The notes under the pieces are model-generated. The model made no database searches. It had not been told where the DNA came from and saw only the letters and a program-made list of their open reading frames with translations. Below, in pieces: positions 35,575 through 48,155 of a DNA stretch of 64,000 nucleotides (its first letter is position 1; each line of letters opens with the position of its first letter). The DNA is taken from NCBI GenBank assembly GCA_964390005.1, contig CAYMGM010000002.1, positions 72,796-136,795 on the forward strand, read 5' to 3'. Both the position numbers and the translations under genes were made by a program. Source of the stretch: an uncultured Rhodospirillaceae bacterium (GTDB lineage: Bacteria; Pseudomonadota; Alphaproteobacteria; UBA9219).

Positions 35575-37011
35575 TTATCCGCCCCACAAGCCTTGCGCAG
35601 CCAAAGCCGCCTTATCGGTCAACCAGCCGGGGAAGACAACAAGGCAGGCAATAGCGACGGCGGCCCCTGTCGTCAACAAACGCAGCGACCATTCGGGAAC
35701 TTGGTCGAGAACATCGTCTGTCCGTTCGTCGAAGTAAAGGGCTTTCACGACCCTGAGGTAATAGCCCGCGGCAAGAACGCTGGCCAAAACCCCGGCCAAG
35801 GCGAGCGCCCAAAGGCCTTTTTGAACGGCTGCGGCAAAAACGAAATATTTGCCGAAAAAACCCGCCAGCGGCGGAACCCCCGCCAGCGAAAACATGAAAA
35901 AAGCCATCAGCGCCGCAAAATAGGGATGCGATTCCGACAAACCGGCCAGATCGGCAAGACCATCGACCATCTGCCCATCGCGGCGCAGCGCATGCAAAAT
36001 GCCGAAAGCGCCCAGCGTCGCCAGCGTATAAAGCGCAACATAGATCAACAAAGCGCCCACCCCATCGGGGCCATAGGCGATCAAGCCGACAAGAGCCGTC
36101 CCCATATTGGTGATCGCGCTATAGGCCAACAGCCGTTTAAGGCGCGTCTGTACCAGACCGCCAATCGCGCCCAAGAACATCGACGCCACGGCAAGGACCA
36201 ATAAAACTTGCTGCCAAGCGCTTTCGATCCCCCCAAAGATCTGAACGAAAACGCGGACGAAAAGCGCGACAGCCGCGACCTTGGCAGCCGAAGCCAAAAA
36301 GAACGAAACGCTGGTCGGCGCTTTTTCATAAACGTCGGGCGTCCACATATGAAACGGCACCAGCGACAGTTTGAAGGCAAGCCCGGCCAACACAAAGCCA
36401 AAACCGAAATAGGCCCCCAGCGGCAAGTGGGCTTTACCATCCAACGCCGCCGCCAAAAGCGAAAAGCGCGTACCGCCCGCAAAGCCATAGAGCAGCGACA
36501 AACCATAAAGCAGCATGCCAGACGACAGCGCGCCCAGCACAAAATATTTAAGCCCGGCTTCGCTGCCTGAAATATGATCGCGCCGAAAAGTCACAAGGAT
36601 GTAAAGCGCAAGGCTTTGCATCTCAAGACCGACATAAAGAACGGTCAGATCCGCCGCCGAGGCCATCAACATCATGCCCAGCGCGCTGAAAAGGATCAAT
36701 GCCGGATATTCGGCGCGCGCTGTCCGTATTTTTTGCAAATAAGGAACAGCCATCAAAACGGCAGCGCTGCCCGCCCCCAAAATCAAGGTTTTGGCAAAAC
36801 GACCAAAGGGATCGGAAATATAAAGCCCGTCAAAAGCCCCCAAGACATGATCTTGCAGGCAGACCAAAACCAAAGCCCCCAAAAGCGCCAGCGCCGAGAG
36901 GCGCGACGTCCAAACAAACGCATCAAGCCGCCGCACCGTACCGAACAGCAACAAAAGGCAGGCGCAAACGGCTAAAAAAATCTCGGGAACGGCAGCGGTC
37001 AAATCCGTCAC
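35575..37011 (-). CDS. nuoN: NADH-quinone oxidoreductase subunit N
   Basis: Polytopic antiporter-like subunit, 478 aa, last gene of the nuo operon. Confidence 0.85.
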   Translation of the reverse strand: MTDLTAAVPEIFLAVCACLLLLFGTVRRLDAFVWTSRLSALALLGALVLVCLQDHVLGAFDGLYISDPFGRFAKTLILGAGSAAVLMAVPYLQKIRTARAEYPALILFSALGMMLMASAADLTVLYVGLEMQSLALYILVTFRRDHISGSEAGLKYFVLGALSSGMLLYGLSLLYGFAGGTRFSLLAAALDGKAHLPLGAYFGFGFVLAGLAFKLSLVPFHMWTPDVYEKAPTSVSFFLASAAKVAAVALFVRVFVQIFGGIESAWQQVLLVLAVASMFLGAIGGLVQTRLKRLLAYSAITNMGTALVGLIAYGPDGVGALLIYVALYTLATLGAFGILHALRRDGQMVDGLADLAGLSESHPYFAALMAFFMFSLAGVPPLAGFFGKYFVFAAAVQKGLWALALAGVLASVLAAGYYLRVVKALYFDERTDDVLDQVPEWSLRLLTTGAAVAIACLVVFPGWLTDKAALAAQGLWGG

Positions 37012-38540
37012 GGCAGGCTCTCCCCTTCTTCCAAAACGTCGGGCGATGGCGCGCCCGGATACAGATTAATGCTTTCGATAATCTGAGCCGACGGCCCCGC
37101 AAAAAGCTTTTGAACCCCAGCGGGCGCAACGCCGATGCCGATGATCAAAACAACCAGCGGCAACAAGGCAATCCCTTCGCGCAGCCGAAGGTCCGGCATC
37201 GCCGCCACGCCTTCGCCCATCGCAGGGCCATAGAACAAGCGGCCATAAAGGCGCAGCATATAAGCCGCCCCGAGGATCAGCCCCAGCGCCGCGACAGCCG
37301 TCGCATGCGGACTGGCGCGCCACGCGCCCGCCAACGAAAGAAACTCGCCTAAAAAGCCGCTGGTCCCCGGCAGGCCCATCGCCCCTAAGGAGAACAGCAT
37401 AAAGAACACGGCAAAGCGCGGCATCACGCGCACCACCGCGCCATAGCGGGCAATCTCGCGCGTGTGCAAACGGTCATACAAAACGCCCGCGCCAAGAAAC
37501 AGCGCCGCCGACACAAGCCCGTGCGAGACCATGACAAACATCGCGCCTTGCAAGCCTTCGGCTGTGCCTGAAAAGATCCCCAGCAAGGCATAGCCCATAT
37601 GGGCGACCGACGAATAAGCGATCAAGCGTTTGAAATCGGTCTGCATCAACGCAACCAGAGACGTATAGACGATCCCGATAACAGCCAGATCAATCATCAG
37701 CGGCGCAAAAGACTGGCTGGCTTCGGGCAACATTTGTAAGCCGACCCGAATAAAACCATAGCCGCCCATTTTTAAAAGCAAGGCCGCCAAGACGACCGAC
37801 CCCGCCGTTGGCGCTTCGCCATGCGCATAAGGCAGCCAGGTATGAAACGGCCATAGCGGCGTTTTGACAGCAAAGGACGCAAAAAAACCAAGCCACAAAA
37901 GCATCGACAAACGCGGCGCGAACTTATGCCCGATCATCGCCGTCATATCGGTCGTTCCGACTTCATGCGCCATCACGATGATGGCGATCAGCATGAAGAC
38001 CGAGCCTAAAAACGTATAAAGGAAGAACTTGATCGCCGCATAGATGCGCTTTTCGCCGCCCCATAGCCCAATCATGATGAACATGGGGATCAGCGCGCCT
38101 TCGAAAAAGATATAGAATAAAACAAAGTCCAGCGACGTAAAGACGCCCAGAAGCATCGTCTCGATCAGCAGCAAAAGGCTCATAAACAACGGCACGCGCT
38201 TTTGCACGGAAAAGCCGCCCAAAATGGCAAGCGGCGTGATCAAAGCCGTCAGCAGCACAAGGGTCAGCGAGATCCCGTCAATGCCCTTGAAATAGTAAAT
38301 ATGGAAAGACGGGATCCAAAGAGCCTTTTCAATCCACTGAAAGCCTGTTGTCACGCCGTGATCAAAATGAGCCCAAGCGCACAAAGACAGCCCCAGCGTC
38401 GCCAGCGATGTCGCAAGCGCAATCCAACGCGCCAAAGAAACGCGCTTTTCTTCTTCGGTCCACGAAAGAAGACCGATCAGCGCAACGCCAAGCAAAGGCA
38501 AAAAAGTCAAAAGACTTAAAAGAGGCCAAGGCGCGTTCAT
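37008..38540 (-). CDS. nuoM: NADH-quinone oxidoreductase subunit M
   Basis: Antiporter-like membrane subunit of 510 aa, placed by operon order. Confidence 0.85.
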   Translation of the reverse strand: MNAPWPLLSLLTFLPLLGVALIGLLSWTEEEKRVSLARWIALATSLATLGLSLCAWAHFDHGVTTGFQWIEKALWIPSFHIYYFKGIDGISLTLVLLTALITPLAILGGFSVQKRVPLFMSLLLLIETMLLGVFTSLDFVLFYIFFEGALIPMFIMIGLWGGEKRIYAAIKFFLYTFLGSVFMLIAIIVMAHEVGTTDMTAMIGHKFAPRLSMLLWLGFFASFAVKTPLWPFHTWLPYAHGEAPTAGSVVLAALLLKMGGYGFIRVGLQMLPEASQSFAPLMIDLAVIGIVYTSLVALMQTDFKRLIAYSSVAHMGYALLGIFSGTAEGLQGAMFVMVSHGLVSAALFLGAGVLYDRLHTREIARYGAVVRVMPRFAVFFMLFSLGAMGLPGTSGFLGEFLSLAGAWRASPHATAVAALGLILGAAYMLRLYGRLFYGPAMGEGVAAMPDLRLREGIALLPLVVLIIGIGVAPAGVQKLFAGPSAQIIESINLYPGAPSPDVLEEGESLP

Positions 38541-38544
38541 GGGT

Positions 38545-40521
38545 TTACCTCCAAATCCAGTACCACGCGGCGGCGAACCACGTTAAAACGGCAGCAAGCC
38601 CCAGTACCATCGCAAAAGCATAATGATAGACAAAGCCCGATTGCAGCAAGCTGGCGCGGCGCGATAATTTTTGCGCGACAAGCCCCACCCCATCGGGCCC
38701 CAGCCCATCGATCAAACGATCATCGCCATAGCGCCCGAGCCAGACGCCCAGCTTTTCCGCGCCGCGCACAAAAACGCGGTTATACAGCGCATCGATCCCA
38801 AAGCCTGAGCGCGCAAAAGATAAGAAAGCGTCAAACGCGGCGCCCCATGAATCCAGCCGCTGCCTTTGGCCGATATAAAGAATAGCGGCCACGGCAAAGC
38901 CTAAAAGCGCGGCCATCAACGGCGCTTGGGCGGCAAGACCATGCGCTTCGGTAGAGGCTTCATGCGTTGCCGTCACAGCCCCTTGCCAAAAAGACGCGGC
39001 CTTTGTGCCAACAAAATACGGCGCGCCCCACGCCCCTGCAGCCAAAGCCCCCACACCTAAAGGAAGCATCGGCAGCAGCATAGACAAAGGCGCTTCGTGC
39101 GCATGGGCTTTGACCTCTTCATCATGCGGCGCGCCGTGAAAGGCCAGCAGCAAAAGGCGCAGACTGTAAAAAGCCGTCAACGTCGCCGCGACAAGCCCCA
39201 AAACATAGACAAACGAGCCATAGAAAAGAGGACTGGTTTGCGCCGCCTCTAAAATAGCGTCTTTTGAATAGAACCCGGCAAACCCGCCATAGGGCGCGAT
39301 CCCAATCCCCGCCAGCGCCAGCGAGCCGATCCACATCAAGCCATAGGTGACAGGCAGCTTGCGCCACAGGCCGCCCATCTGCCGCAAATCTTGCTTTCCC
39401 GCCACGGCATGAATAACGGCCCCCGCTCCAAGAAACAAAAGCGCTTTGAAAAAGGCGTGGGTCATCAGGTGGAAAATCGACGCTTCATAAGCCCCGACCC
39501 CGGCGGCAAAAAACATGTACCCCAATTGGCTCATCGTCGAATAGGCGATGACGCGCTTGATATCGGTCTGAAAAACGCCTGTGATCGCGCCGAACAAAGC
39601 GGTGCCCCCGCCCAAAAGGGCGACGACCGTCAGCGCCAAAGGCGCGATATCGAACAAAGGTGAAAGCCGCGCCAACATAAAGACGCCAGCCGTCACCATT
39701 GTCGCCGCATGGATAAGCGCCGAGACAGGCGTCGGGCCTTCCATCGCATCGGGGAGCCATACGTGAAGCCCCAGTTGAGCCGATTTGCCGACCGCCCCGA
39801 TAAAGAGCAAAAGAGCCAACACATCGGCGGTTGGAAGCGTCAAAGATCCAAAAGACATTTGAAAGCCCGCGACATCGCCAAGGCGCGCAAAAATTTCATC
39901 GAAGCGCACACTGCCAAAGGCGGCATAGCAACCGATGATCCCCAAAACGAACCCGGCATCGCCAACGCGGTTGACGAGAAAGGCTTTGATCCCGGCGCTG
40001 TTCGCGGCAGGACGATCGTGCCAAAAATTGATCAGAAGATAAGAGCAAAGGCCAACGCCTTCCCACCCGAAAAACATCTGTACCAAGTTATCCGCCGAAA
40101 CCAACGACAGCATGAAAAAGGTGAAAAGAGAAAGATAGCTCATAAAGCGCGGCACGCTGTGATCGCCATGCATATAGCCAATGGCATAAAAATGAACGCA
40201 GGCCGAAATCACAGACACCGTCGCCATCATAACCGCCGACAACGCATCAACCTTTATCGCCCAATCGGCATGCAGATCGCCCGCTGCCAACCAAGCGCCC
40301 AGCGTTTGTTGAAACGGCGTGGCGCCATCCGCCACGCGCAGAAAAAGCGCGCAAGCCAACGCAGCCGAGGCCAAAACCAAAAGCGACGTCACGCCAGCGG
40401 TCAAACGATCCCCCCATGGCGAGGCCTGTTTAGGAAAGAACGCGCCAAGCCCCGCCAAGACCGATCCCAAAAGCGGCAAGAAGATAATCAAGGCAGGCGG
40501 GAAAGAAGAAAGAAAAGACAT
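38545..40521 (-). CDS. nuoL: NADH-quinone oxidoreductase subunit L
   Basis: Antiporter-like subunit of 658 aa with a long C-terminal helix region. Confidence 0.85.
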   Translation of the reverse strand: MSFLSSFPPALIIFLPLLGSVLAGLGAFFPKQASPWGDRLTAGVTSLLVLASAALACALFLRVADGATPFQQTLGAWLAAGDLHADWAIKVDALSAVMMATVSVISACVHFYAIGYMHGDHSVPRFMSYLSLFTFFMLSLVSADNLVQMFFGWEGVGLCSYLLINFWHDRPAANSAGIKAFLVNRVGDAGFVLGIIGCYAAFGSVRFDEIFARLGDVAGFQMSFGSLTLPTADVLALLLFIGAVGKSAQLGLHVWLPDAMEGPTPVSALIHAATMVTAGVFMLARLSPLFDIAPLALTVVALLGGGTALFGAITGVFQTDIKRVIAYSTMSQLGYMFFAAGVGAYEASIFHLMTHAFFKALLFLGAGAVIHAVAGKQDLRQMGGLWRKLPVTYGLMWIGSLALAGIGIAPYGGFAGFYSKDAILEAAQTSPLFYGSFVYVLGLVAATLTAFYSLRLLLLAFHGAPHDEEVKAHAHEAPLSMLLPMLPLGVGALAAGAWGAPYFVGTKAASFWQGAVTATHEASTEAHGLAAQAPLMAALLGFAVAAILYIGQRQRLDSWGAAFDAFLSFARSGFGIDALYNRVFVRGAEKLGVWLGRYGDDRLIDGLGPDGVGLVAQKLSRRASLLQSGFVYHYAFAMVLGLAAVLTWFAAAWYWIWR

Positions 40522-40524
40522 GGC

Positions 40525-40848
40525 TTAGACCTCGCGGTGCGGGGCATCGGGAATAGCGACATTGCCGCGAACGCGGAACGTCACCACCAAAATGGCCAAG
40601 CCGATGGCGGCTTCTGCCGCGGCAATGGTCAAAACGATCAACGCGAAAGCCTGCCCCGTCAAGTTTTGCAAACTTCCGGCAAAGGAAACAAAGTTCAAAT
40701 TGACGGCCAAAAGCATCATTTCAATCGACATCAAAATGACGATAACATTTTTGCGATTGATAAAAATGCCGACAATCGCAATCGTAAAAAGCATGGAAGC
40801 GACAATCAGAAAGGGCGCAAGCCCGATGGTTTGCATGGCTTGTGTCAT
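40525..40848 (-). CDS. nuoK: NADH-quinone oxidoreductase subunit K
   Basis: A 107-aa protein with three TM helices, placed by operon order. Confidence 0.8.
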   Translation of the reverse strand: MTQAMQTIGLAPFLIVASMLFTIAIVGIFINRKNVIVILMSIEMMLLAVNLNFVSFAGSLQNLTGQAFALIVLTIAAAEAAIGLAILVVTFRVRGNVAIPDAPHREV

Positions 40849-41465
40849 AAGGCCCCCTCGCCGCTATCGACCTTGATCAGTTCGACGACATCTTCTGGAC
40901 GCCGCGCCAATTGCGCGCGAACATTCTGCCGACGCGTATCTTTGCGGCCCCGGTGGGTCAGCACAATCGCGCCGACCGTCGCAATCAACAAAACGACGCC
41001 CGATCCCAAAAACGGCAGCATCAAATCCGTGTACAAAATACCGCCCAAAGCGCGCGTATTATCCATAACCGCCAGCCCCTGAACCGGCGTGCTGCTGGCG
41101 ACCGCGCTGGGCTGCCACGCCAAAGCGACCAACGTCATTTCAAAAAGAAGCAAAGCGCCAATACCAATGCCCAGCGGCAGATATTTTAAATAGCCGCGCC
41201 GCATTTCATAGAAATTGACATCCAGCATCATGACGACAAACAAAAACAAAACAGCCACGGCCCCGCCATACACAATGACAAGGATCATGGCGACAAACGT
41301 CGCGCCCGTCATCACGAACAGCCCCGCGGCGTTAAAAAAGCAAACGATCAGCCAAAGCATGGCATGAACGGGATTGCGTACTGCCACGACCAACGTCGCG
41401 GCCGATAACATGACGCCCGAAAAGAAATAGAAAAGGGCCTGGGTTAAAAGTTGTTCCATCGACAT
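40845..41465 (-). CDS. nuoJ: NADH-quinone oxidoreductase subunit J
   Basis: A 206-aa membrane subunit. Confidence 0.8.
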   Translation of the reverse strand: MSMEQLLTQALFYFFSGVMLSAATLVVAVRNPVHAMLWLIVCFFNAAGLFVMTGATFVAMILVIVYGGAVAVLFLFVVMMLDVNFYEMRRGYLKYLPLGIGIGALLLFEMTLVALAWQPSAVASSTPVQGLAVMDNTRALGGILYTDLMLPFLGSGVVLLIATVGAIVLTHRGRKDTRRQNVRAQLARRPEDVVELIKVDSGEGAL

Positions 41466-41481
41466 GTTCTTTCCCCTCCCC

Positions 41482-41970
41482 TTACCTGTATTTTCCGTCG
41501 GCCTTCAGGCAAGCGGCGACAGCCGCCTCCCATCTATCGCCGTTTTGCAACAGACGCGCCTTGTCATAAAAAAGATCGGCATGCGTTTCCGCCACATATT
41601 CAAAGTTCGGCGTTTCGACAATGGCCTCGACTGGGCAAACTTCTTGGCAATAGCCGCAAAAGATGCATTTGCTCATATCGATGTCATAGCGTGTCGTCCG
41701 GCGCGATCCATCGGGCGCAGGCGCGGCTTCGATCGTGATGGCTTGCGCGGGGCAAATGGCTTCGCACATTTTGCAAGCGATGCAACGCTCGGTCCCGTCG
41801 TCATAACGGCGCAGCGCATGCTCGCCGCGAAAGCGTGGGCTGATCGCCGCCTTTTCATACGGATAGTTGATCGTAACCTTGGGACGGAACATCGCCCGAA
41901 AGGTCGCCCAAAATCCGGCAATCAGATCAAGCCCCAGCCAATAACGAAAACGGGATACGATGCGCATCAA
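41482..41970 (-). CDS. nuoI: NADH-quinone oxidoreductase subunit I (2x[4Fe-4S] ferredoxin)
   Basis: Two CxxCxxCxxxCP motifs: [12 protein letters not shown] and [12 protein letters not shown]. Confidence 0.9.
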   Translation of the reverse strand: MMRIVSRFRYWLGLDLIAGFWATFRAMFRPKVTINYPYEKAAISPRFRGEHALRRYDDGTERCIACKMCEAICPAQAITIEAAPAPDGSRRTTRYDIDMSKCIFCGYCQEVCPVEAIVETPNFEYVAETHADLFYDKARLLQNGDRWEAAVAACLKADGKYR

Positions 41971-41976
41971 GCCCCC

Positions 41977-42984
41977 TTACCCCTTCAGCGGTCCAAAAAC
42001 ATTCAGCGCGGCCTGAAACACGACCCAAACAAGCCCAATCGGCAGTAAAAACTTCCAGCCGATCCGCATTAATTGGTCATAGCGATAACGCGGCAAGGCC
42101 GCGCGCGCCCAAAGATAAAGAAAAAGGCAAAAGGCGATCTTGGCCGCAAACCAGACAAAGCCGGGAATAAAGGCAAGGCTCGCATGCGGCGGCAGCCAGC
42201 CGCCCAAGAAAAGGATCGAGGTCAGCGCGCTCATCAAAATCATGTTGGCGTATTCGCCCAAGAAAAACAGCGCGAAACTCATCGAAGAATATTCAGTGTT
42301 AAAGCCGCCGACCAATTCGGATTCGCCTTCGGGCAAATCGAACGGATGACGATTGGTCTCAGCCACCGCCGCGACGAAAAACAAAACAGCCATGGGGAAA
42401 AGGCTAGAAAACAAAAACCATCCGCCCTGCTGCGCTTCGACAATGTGGCTGAGGTTCAGCGAATGCGCCCGCAGCAAAACCGTTACCAGCGCCAGACCAA
42501 TCGCAACTTCGTACGAGATCATCTGCGCCGCCGACCGCAGTCCGCCCAAGAAAGCGTATTTCGAGTTCGACGCCCAGCCCGCGACGATAATGCCGTAAAC
42601 GCTCATCGACGACAGCGCGAAAAGATACAAAACGCCGACATTGATATCGGACAAAACAATACCGCGATCCAGCGGAATGACAGCCCACGCCGACAGCGCC
42701 AGAAAGAACGTAAAGATCGGCGCGCCCAAAAACAAAACGGCATCCGCGCCCGACGGAATGATCGTTTCTTTGCCCAAAAGCTTGATCCCGTCAGCCATCG
42801 GCTGAAGAAGCCCCAAAGGCCCCGTCGTATTGGGGCCTTTGCGATACTGCATGGCCGCCAAGACTTTGCGCTCGGCATAGGTCAGATAAGCCGTCCCCAA
42901 CAAAAGAAGGATGATAAGCCCGACGATCTCGGCCAGCGTGATGGCAAGATCCATGCCGTAATTTTGCCAAAGCTCAAGGATCAT
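41977..42984 (-). CDS. nuoH: NADH-quinone oxidoreductase subunit H (start taken at [10 protein letters not shown]; the ORF-track 5' extension is probably untranslated)
   Basis: The 335-aa membrane protein from the internal Met. That Met overlaps the nuoG stop (ATGA). Confidence 0.8.
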   Translation of the reverse strand: MILELWQNYGMDLAITLAEIVGLIILLLLGTAYLTYAERKVLAAMQYRKGPNTTGPLGLLQPMADGIKLLGKETIIPSGADAVLFLGAPIFTFFLALSAWAVIPLDRGIVLSDINVGVLYLFALSSMSVYGIIVAGWASNSKYAFLGGLRSAAQMISYEVAIGLALVTVLLRAHSLNLSHIVEAQQGGWFLFSSLFPMAVLFFVAAVAETNRHPFDLPEGESELVGGFNTEYSSMSFALFFLGEYANMILMSALTSILFLGGWLPPHASLAFIPGFVWFAAKIAFCLFLYLWARAALPRYRYDQLMRIGWKFLLPIGLVWVVFQAALNVFGPLKG

Positions 42985-45059
42985 GCGCGCCTCCTTTCCG
43001 GATTTTGCGGCTCTTGATAGGGGGCAATCTCGGCCGTGCACCGCGCCATGGTCGGCGACACGCGGCTGATCGGATCGGTCATGTAAAAGTTTTGAATGGC
43101 GGGCGCAAAGGCATCCAAGCTCAATTTGTCGAAAGAGCCAAAAGCCTTCCAAGGCGCAGGCACGCGCGCGCCATAGTTCTGCGGCGCATAAAGCGCGCAA
43201 GCGTCGCTCATCGCCTGGCGCAGCGCCGCCAGCGTATCGAACGGCAAGCGCTGCGCTACGACATCGGATAAAGCGCGCAAAATGCGCCAATCTTCTTTGG
43301 CCTCTCCCGGCGGGGGCAAGGCCGCGCGCGCGACTTGCACGCGCCCTTCCGTGTTGGTGTAAAGAGCTTCTTTTTCGGTATAGGCCGCGCCAGGCAAAAC
43401 GACATCGGCCCGAAGCGCGCCACGGTCGCCATGATGACCTTGATAGATAACAAACGCTTTGCCGTATGAGTCAGGCGCGATTTCATCGGCCCCCAACAGA
43501 TAGACCAGATCGATCTTGCCATAGGTCGCGGCTTGACAGATACCCCGCGTCCCTAGCGCATAGCTGCCTTGCGGCACAAAGCCCAAATCAAGCCCGGCCA
43601 CGCGGCCAGCGGCCAATTGCAACACGTTAAACCCATTCCAATCGGGACGGATCATGCCCAACGTTTCAGCGGCTTCGCGCAGAAGCGCATGAACCGATGC
43701 GCCATCGGGGCGCGCCAAAGCCCCAGCCCCCACAATCAGCATCGGCTTTTGCGCATCACGCAAAATCTGCGCAAAGGGGTTTTTGCCTTCCATCAAATCG
43801 CGAACGGCCATCGGCGACACGCCCAAATGGCGATAGGGATAGGTCAGATCGACGGCAGGCCCGATAAGCCCCACAGACAAGCCGCCTTTGCGGCTGCGCT
43901 TGCGCAGGCGCGCATTGACCAGCGTCGCTTCGATCCGCGGATTAACCCCGACCAAAAGAACGGCATCGGCTTCTTCAATACCTGCAATGCCGGTATTCAT
44001 GATATAGCCCGCCCGCGCCGAGACATCGTACGCAGCCCCATCTTGACGGCAATCCAAATGAAAAGCGCCCAAGCTGAGCATCAAGCTTTTCAAGGCAAAC
44101 AAGCTTTCGGCATCGACCAAATCGCCAGCCAGCGCCGCCATTTTTTCCGGCGGTGTCACGCGCAGACGCGCGCCAATAGCGGCCAAAGCTTCATCCCACG
44201 ACACGCTTTCCAAGCGCCCGTCCTTGCGCAACAAAGGACGGTCCAGCCGTTGCAGCGCCAGCCCGTCAAAGGCAAAGCGCGTTTTGTCGTTGATCCATTC
44301 TTCGTTGATGTCTTCGCAAAGACGCGGCAAAACGCGCATGACTTTATCGCCGCGCGTCTCAACCCGAATGTGACAACCGACGGCGTCCATCACGTCTATC
44401 GTCTCGGTCGGTTTCAGTTCCCAGGACCGCGCCTGAAAAGCATAAGGTTTGGCCGTCAACGCGCCCACAGGGCAAACGTCGGCCAAATTGCCCGACAGTT
44501 CAGAAGTCAACGGCAGGCCTGTTCCCGTATCGATTTCCATGTGATGGCCGCGAAAAAGGCCGCCCAGCTCGGGCGTCCCCGCGATTTCATTTAAAAAGCG
44601 AATGCAGCGCGTACAATGGATACAGCGCGTCATCACGGTTTTAATCAGCGGGCCCAGTTCTTTTTCCGAGACAAGCCGCCTTTTCTCGCACGACCGCCCG
44701 CGATCCGCGCCATAGGCAACGGCTTGGTCTTGCAAATCGCATTCGCCCCCTTGATCGCAAACGGGGCAATCCAGCGGATGATTTAACAAAAGCATTTCCA
44801 TCACGTCGGCGCGCATTTGGCGCACTTCGGGCGTGTCGGTATGAACCACCATGCCGTCGCCGCACGCAATGGTGCAGCTCGCGACCGGTTTTGGCATTTT
44901 TTCAATGGCGACAAGGCACATGCGGCAATTGCCTGCAACCGACAGCCGGTCATGATAGCAAAAACGTGGCACTTCGATGCCAAGCTGCTCGCACGCTTGT
45001 AAAACAGAGGTGCCTTTTTCAACCTCGACCTCGCGGCCATCGATGGTCAGTTTAGGCAT
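42981..45059 (-). CDS. nuoG: NADH-quinone oxidoreductase subunit G
   Basis: N-terminal 2Fe-2S/4Fe-4S cysteine clusters ([29 protein letters not shown]). Length 692 aa. Confidence 0.9.
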   Translation of the reverse strand: MPKLTIDGREVEVEKGTSVLQACEQLGIEVPRFCYHDRLSVAGNCRMCLVAIEKMPKPVASCTIACGDGMVVHTDTPEVRQMRADVMEMLLLNHPLDCPVCDQGGECDLQDQAVAYGADRGRSCEKRRLVSEKELGPLIKTVMTRCIHCTRCIRFLNEIAGTPELGGLFRGHHMEIDTGTGLPLTSELSGNLADVCPVGALTAKPYAFQARSWELKPTETIDVMDAVGCHIRVETRGDKVMRVLPRLCEDINEEWINDKTRFAFDGLALQRLDRPLLRKDGRLESVSWDEALAAIGARLRVTPPEKMAALAGDLVDAESLFALKSLMLSLGAFHLDCRQDGAAYDVSARAGYIMNTGIAGIEEADAVLLVGVNPRIEATLVNARLRKRSRKGGLSVGLIGPAVDLTYPYRHLGVSPMAVRDLMEGKNPFAQILRDAQKPMLIVGAGALARPDGASVHALLREAAETLGMIRPDWNGFNVLQLAAGRVAGLDLGFVPQGSYALGTRGICQAATYGKIDLVYLLGADEIAPDSYGKAFVIYQGHHGDRGALRADVVLPGAAYTEKEALYTNTEGRVQVARAALPPPGEAKEDWRILRALSDVVAQRLPFDTLAALRQAMSDACALYAPQNYGARVPAPWKAFGSFDKLSLDAFAPAIQNFYMTDPISRVSPTMARCTAEIAPYQEPQNPERRRA

Positions 45060-46329
45060 GCGCGGCCTCCTTTCCGGCGCGCAAGCGCTCTTCCAAAAGC
45101 GGCCTAAAATGGCGGATCAAGCCTTGGATCGGCCAAGCCGCCGCATCGCCGAGCGCGCAAATCGTATGGCCTTCGACCCGGCGGGTGATGTCTAAAAGCT
45201 GATCGATCTCTTCCGGAGCCGCCTGCCCGCGCGCCATCCGGCGCATGATCTTGGCCATCCAAGCCGTGCCTTCGCGGCAGGGCGTGCATTGCCCGCAGCT
45301 TTCGTGCCGATAAAACGCGCTGATCCGCGCGATGGCTTCGATCAAATCGGTCGATTGATCCATCACAATCACGCCCGCCGTGCCAAGACCTGTTTTCTCG
45401 GCCTTCAAGGCATCGAAATCCATCGTCATCGTCTCGCAAATGGATTTAGGCAAAAGCGGCGTGGACGATCCGCCCGGAATAACCGCCAGCAAATTGTCCC
45501 AGCTGCCCCGCACGCCGCCGCCATATTGTTCAATCAGCTCGCGCAGCGGAATGCCCATTTCAGCTTCGACCGTGCAAGGCGTGTTCACATGCCCCGACAG
45601 GCAAAACAGCTTGGTCCCCGTGTTGTTTGGCTTGCCGATGCCCGCGAACCACGCGCTGCCGCGCCGCAGGATTTCAGGCACGACCGCGATGGTTTCAACA
45701 TTGTTGACCGTCGTCGGGCATGCATAAAGTCCAGCGCCCGCCGGAAAAGGCGGCTTGTTGCGCGGCTGGCCTTTTTTGCCTTCCAAGCTTTCCATAAGCG
45801 CGGTTTCTTCGCCGCAAACATAAGCGCCCGCGCCGCGATGAACGAAAACTTCGCAATCCCAGCCCGATCCCGCCGCGTTGGGCCCCAAAAGCCCGGCGTC
45901 ATAAGCTTCATCGACCGCGCGTTGCAGTATTTCGGCTTCGCGCACAAACTCGCCGCGCACATAAATGTAAACCGTATGCGCCCCAATCGCGAAAGCGGCG
46001 CACAAAGCGCCTTCGATCAAACGATGCGGATCAAAACGCAAAATATCGCGGTCTTTGCAGGTCCCCGGCTCGGACTCGTCGGCGTTGACGATCAGAAAAT
46101 GCGGCAAATCCGAAGGCTTCGGCATAAAGGACCATTTCAGCCCCGTCGCAAAGCCAGCCCCACCGCGCCCGCGCAGGCCCGATGCTTTAACTTCCTCAAT
46201 CAGTTTCTCGCGCCCCATACCGATCAAGGCGGCGGTTTCCTTCCACACGCCGCGGCGCTGGGCGGCGGCCAGCCACGGATCGTCCGTGCCATAGATATTC
46301 GTAAAGATGCGGTCGCGCTCGGCTAGCAT
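45052..46329 (-). CDS. nuoF: NADH-quinone oxidoreductase subunit F (start taken at MLAERDRIF)
   Basis: FMN/NADH-binding [25 protein letters not shown] and a C-terminal 4Fe-4S cysteine cluster. Confidence 0.9.
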   Translation of the reverse strand: MLAERDRIFTNIYGTDDPWLAAAQRRGVWKETAALIGMGREKLIEEVKASGLRGRGGAGFATGLKWSFMPKPSDLPHFLIVNADESEPGTCKDRDILRFDPHRLIEGALCAAFAIGAHTVYIYVRGEFVREAEILQRAVDEAYDAGLLGPNAAGSGWDCEVFVHRGAGAYVCGEETALMESLEGKKGQPRNKPPFPAGAGLYACPTTVNNVETIAVVPEILRRGSAWFAGIGKPNNTGTKLFCLSGHVNTPCTVEAEMGIPLRELIEQYGGGVRGSWDNLLAVIPGGSSTPLLPKSICETMTMDFDALKAEKTGLGTAGVIVMDQSTDLIEAIARISAFYRHESCGQCTPCREGTAWMAKIMRRMARGQAAPEEIDQLLDITRRVEGHTICALGDAAAWPIQGLIRHFRPLLEERLRAGKEAAHA

Positions 46330-46934
46330 GCGGATCCATCCTTTCCTTTTCCTTCGGCGCAGGCCTGACACGTTTGCGGACATGCGCCTTTTCGACCGCT
46401 TTGCGGCCCCGGCGTTGGGCGTCGCCCTGCCGCCAGTTCATCCAACACATGCGCAAAGTTTTCCGGCGTCAAATCTTCGTAATAATCGTCGTTGATTTGC
46501 GCGACCGGCGCGCAGGCACAAGCGCCAAGGCATTCAACCTCGACCAAAGAAAACAAACCGTCCGGCGTTGTCTGCCCCGGCTTGATCCCCAGCTTTTCCT
46601 GACAAAGGGCCGAGATCTGATCCGCCCCGCGCAGCCAGCAAGGCGTGCTGCGGCACAGTTGGATCAAATATTTCCCCACCGGCTCAAGATTGAACATGGT
46701 GTAAAAAGTCGCCACTTCATAAGCGCGGATTGGCGCAAGCCCCAACAATTCGGCCACATGATCCATCGCCGCACGCGGCAGCCACCCGCCCGCCTGCTTT
46801 TGCGCCAAGTGCAAAAGCGGCAAGATAGCGCTGGCCTGTTTGCCTGCCGGATATTGCGCGATGATTTGACGCGCCTTTTCTTGATTTTCAGGCGTCAAAT
46901 AAAAGCTTGTCGGTTGTTGCGCTTTTTCCGTCAC
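46323..46934 (-). CDS. nuoE: NADH-quinone oxidoreductase subunit E, probable GTG start overlapping the nuoD stop (GTGA); has a C-terminal Cys/Gly/Lys-rich extension
   Basis: The conserved [19 protein letters not shown]...[12 protein letters not shown] core is present. The ORF-track ATG start would overlap nuoD by 79 nt. An in-frame GTG lies at the GTGA junction. Confidence 0.75.
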   Translation of the reverse strand: MTEKAQQPTSFYLTPENQEKARQIIAQYPAGKQASAILPLLHLAQKQAGGWLPRAAMDHVAELLGLAPIRAYEVATFYTMFNLEPVGKYLIQLCRSTPCWLRGADQISALCQEKLGIKPGQTTPDGLFSLVEVECLGACACAPVAQINDDYYEDLTPENFAHVLDELAAGRRPTPGPQSGRKGACPQTCQACAEGKGKDGSAC

Positions 46935-48151
46935 CGATCGATCTCCCCGAAGACAACGTCCAGATTGCCGACAATCGCAACCGTATCGGCCAATAGATGA
47001 TTTTGGCACATCATCTCAAGCGCCTGTAAATGCGCAAAGCTTGGCGCGCGAATCTTGCACCGGTACGGCCTGTTCGTGCCATCGGCGACCAGATAAACGC
47101 CGAACTCGCCCTTGGGCGCTTCGACGGCGGTATAGGTCTCGCCCTGCGGCACATGATAGCCTTCGGTCACGAGCTTAAAGTGATGGATAAGCTCTTCCAT
47201 CGAGCTTTTCATCCGCGCGCGCGGCGGCAAGGCCACTTTGTAGTTGTTGACGATCGAAGGCCCATCGGGCATCTGCTGGATCGCCTGCAAAATCAAGCGC
47301 ACCGATTGGCGCATTTCCGCCATACGCACCAGATAACGCGCATAACAATCGCCTGTTTTGCCGACCGGAATATCAAAATCCAATTGATCATAGGTGTCAT
47401 AAGGCTGGCTGCGCCGCAAATCCCACGCAACGCCGGAAGCGCGCAACATCGGGCCCGAAAAGCCCCAATCCAGCGCTTGCTCTTTGGTCACAATGCCGAT
47501 ATCGACGGTGCGCTGCTTAAAGATGCGGTTTTCGGTCAAAAGCGTTTCAAGATCGTCCAAAAAGGCCGGAAAGCCTTCAGCCCAGCGCGCGATATCGTCC
47601 AGCAAGCCATCGGGCAAATCCTGACGCACACCGCCCACACGAAAATAATTGGCATGCATGCGCGCGCCGCTGGCGCGTTCGTAAAAGCCCATCAGGATTT
47701 CGCGCTGTTCAAAGCCCCACAAGGGCGGCGTTGTCGCGCCCAGATCCAGCGCAAAGGTCGTGCAATTCAGCAAATGGCTCAAGATACGGCTGATTTCGGC
47801 AAACAGCACGCGGGTCATCGCGCCGCGTGGCGTCGGCTGCACGCCCATCAATTTCTCGACGGCCAAAACAAACGCATGCTCTTGGTTCAACGGCGCGACA
47901 TAGTCCAGCCGGTCGAAATAAGGGATCGCCTGCGCATAAGTTTTATGCTCAATCAACTTTTCGGTGCCGCGATGCAAAAGGCCTATATGCGGATCGGCCC
48001 GCGTGACGACTTCGCCGTCCATTTCTAAAATCAAGCGCAAAACGCCGTGCGCGCCCGGATGCTGGGGCCCCAAATTGACGGTAAAGGGCCTGATCTTCCG
48101 ATCGTCTTCGGTCGGTAGATGTTCGCTGGCGGTTAGGTCTTGAGGCGTCAT
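46931..48151 (-). CDS. nuoD: NADH-quinone oxidoreductase subunit D
   Basis: A 406-aa protein. NiFe-hydrogenase large-subunit-like 49-kDa subunit, placed by operon order. Confidence 0.9.
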   Translation of the reverse strand: MTPQDLTASEHLPTEDDRKIRPFTVNLGPQHPGAHGVLRLILEMDGEVVTRADPHIGLLHRGTEKLIEHKTYAQAIPYFDRLDYVAPLNQEHAFVLAVEKLMGVQPTPRGAMTRVLFAEISRILSHLLNCTTFALDLGATTPPLWGFEQREILMGFYERASGARMHANYFRVGGVRQDLPDGLLDDIARWAEGFPAFLDDLETLLTENRIFKQRTVDIGIVTKEQALDWGFSGPMLRASGVAWDLRRSQPYDTYDQLDFDIPVGKTGDCYARYLVRMAEMRQSVRLILQAIQQMPDGPSIVNNYKVALPPRARMKSSMEELIHHFKLVTEGYHVPQGETYTAVEAPKGEFGVYLVADGTNRPYRCKIRAPSFAHLQALEMMCQNHLLADTVAIVGNLDVVFGEIDR

Positions 48152-48155
48152 GGCT

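Noticed and set aside
39709-41082. Long + strand ORFs (457 aa here; also 42073-43017, 43569-44594, 45289-46326, 47030-48028, 35569-36204, 36699-37352) running antisense through the nuo operon
   Set aside because: The opposite strand carries unmistakable Nuo subunits with conserved motifs. The antisense ORFs are Arg/Gln/Lys-rich low-complexity translations typical of GC-rich antisense frames.
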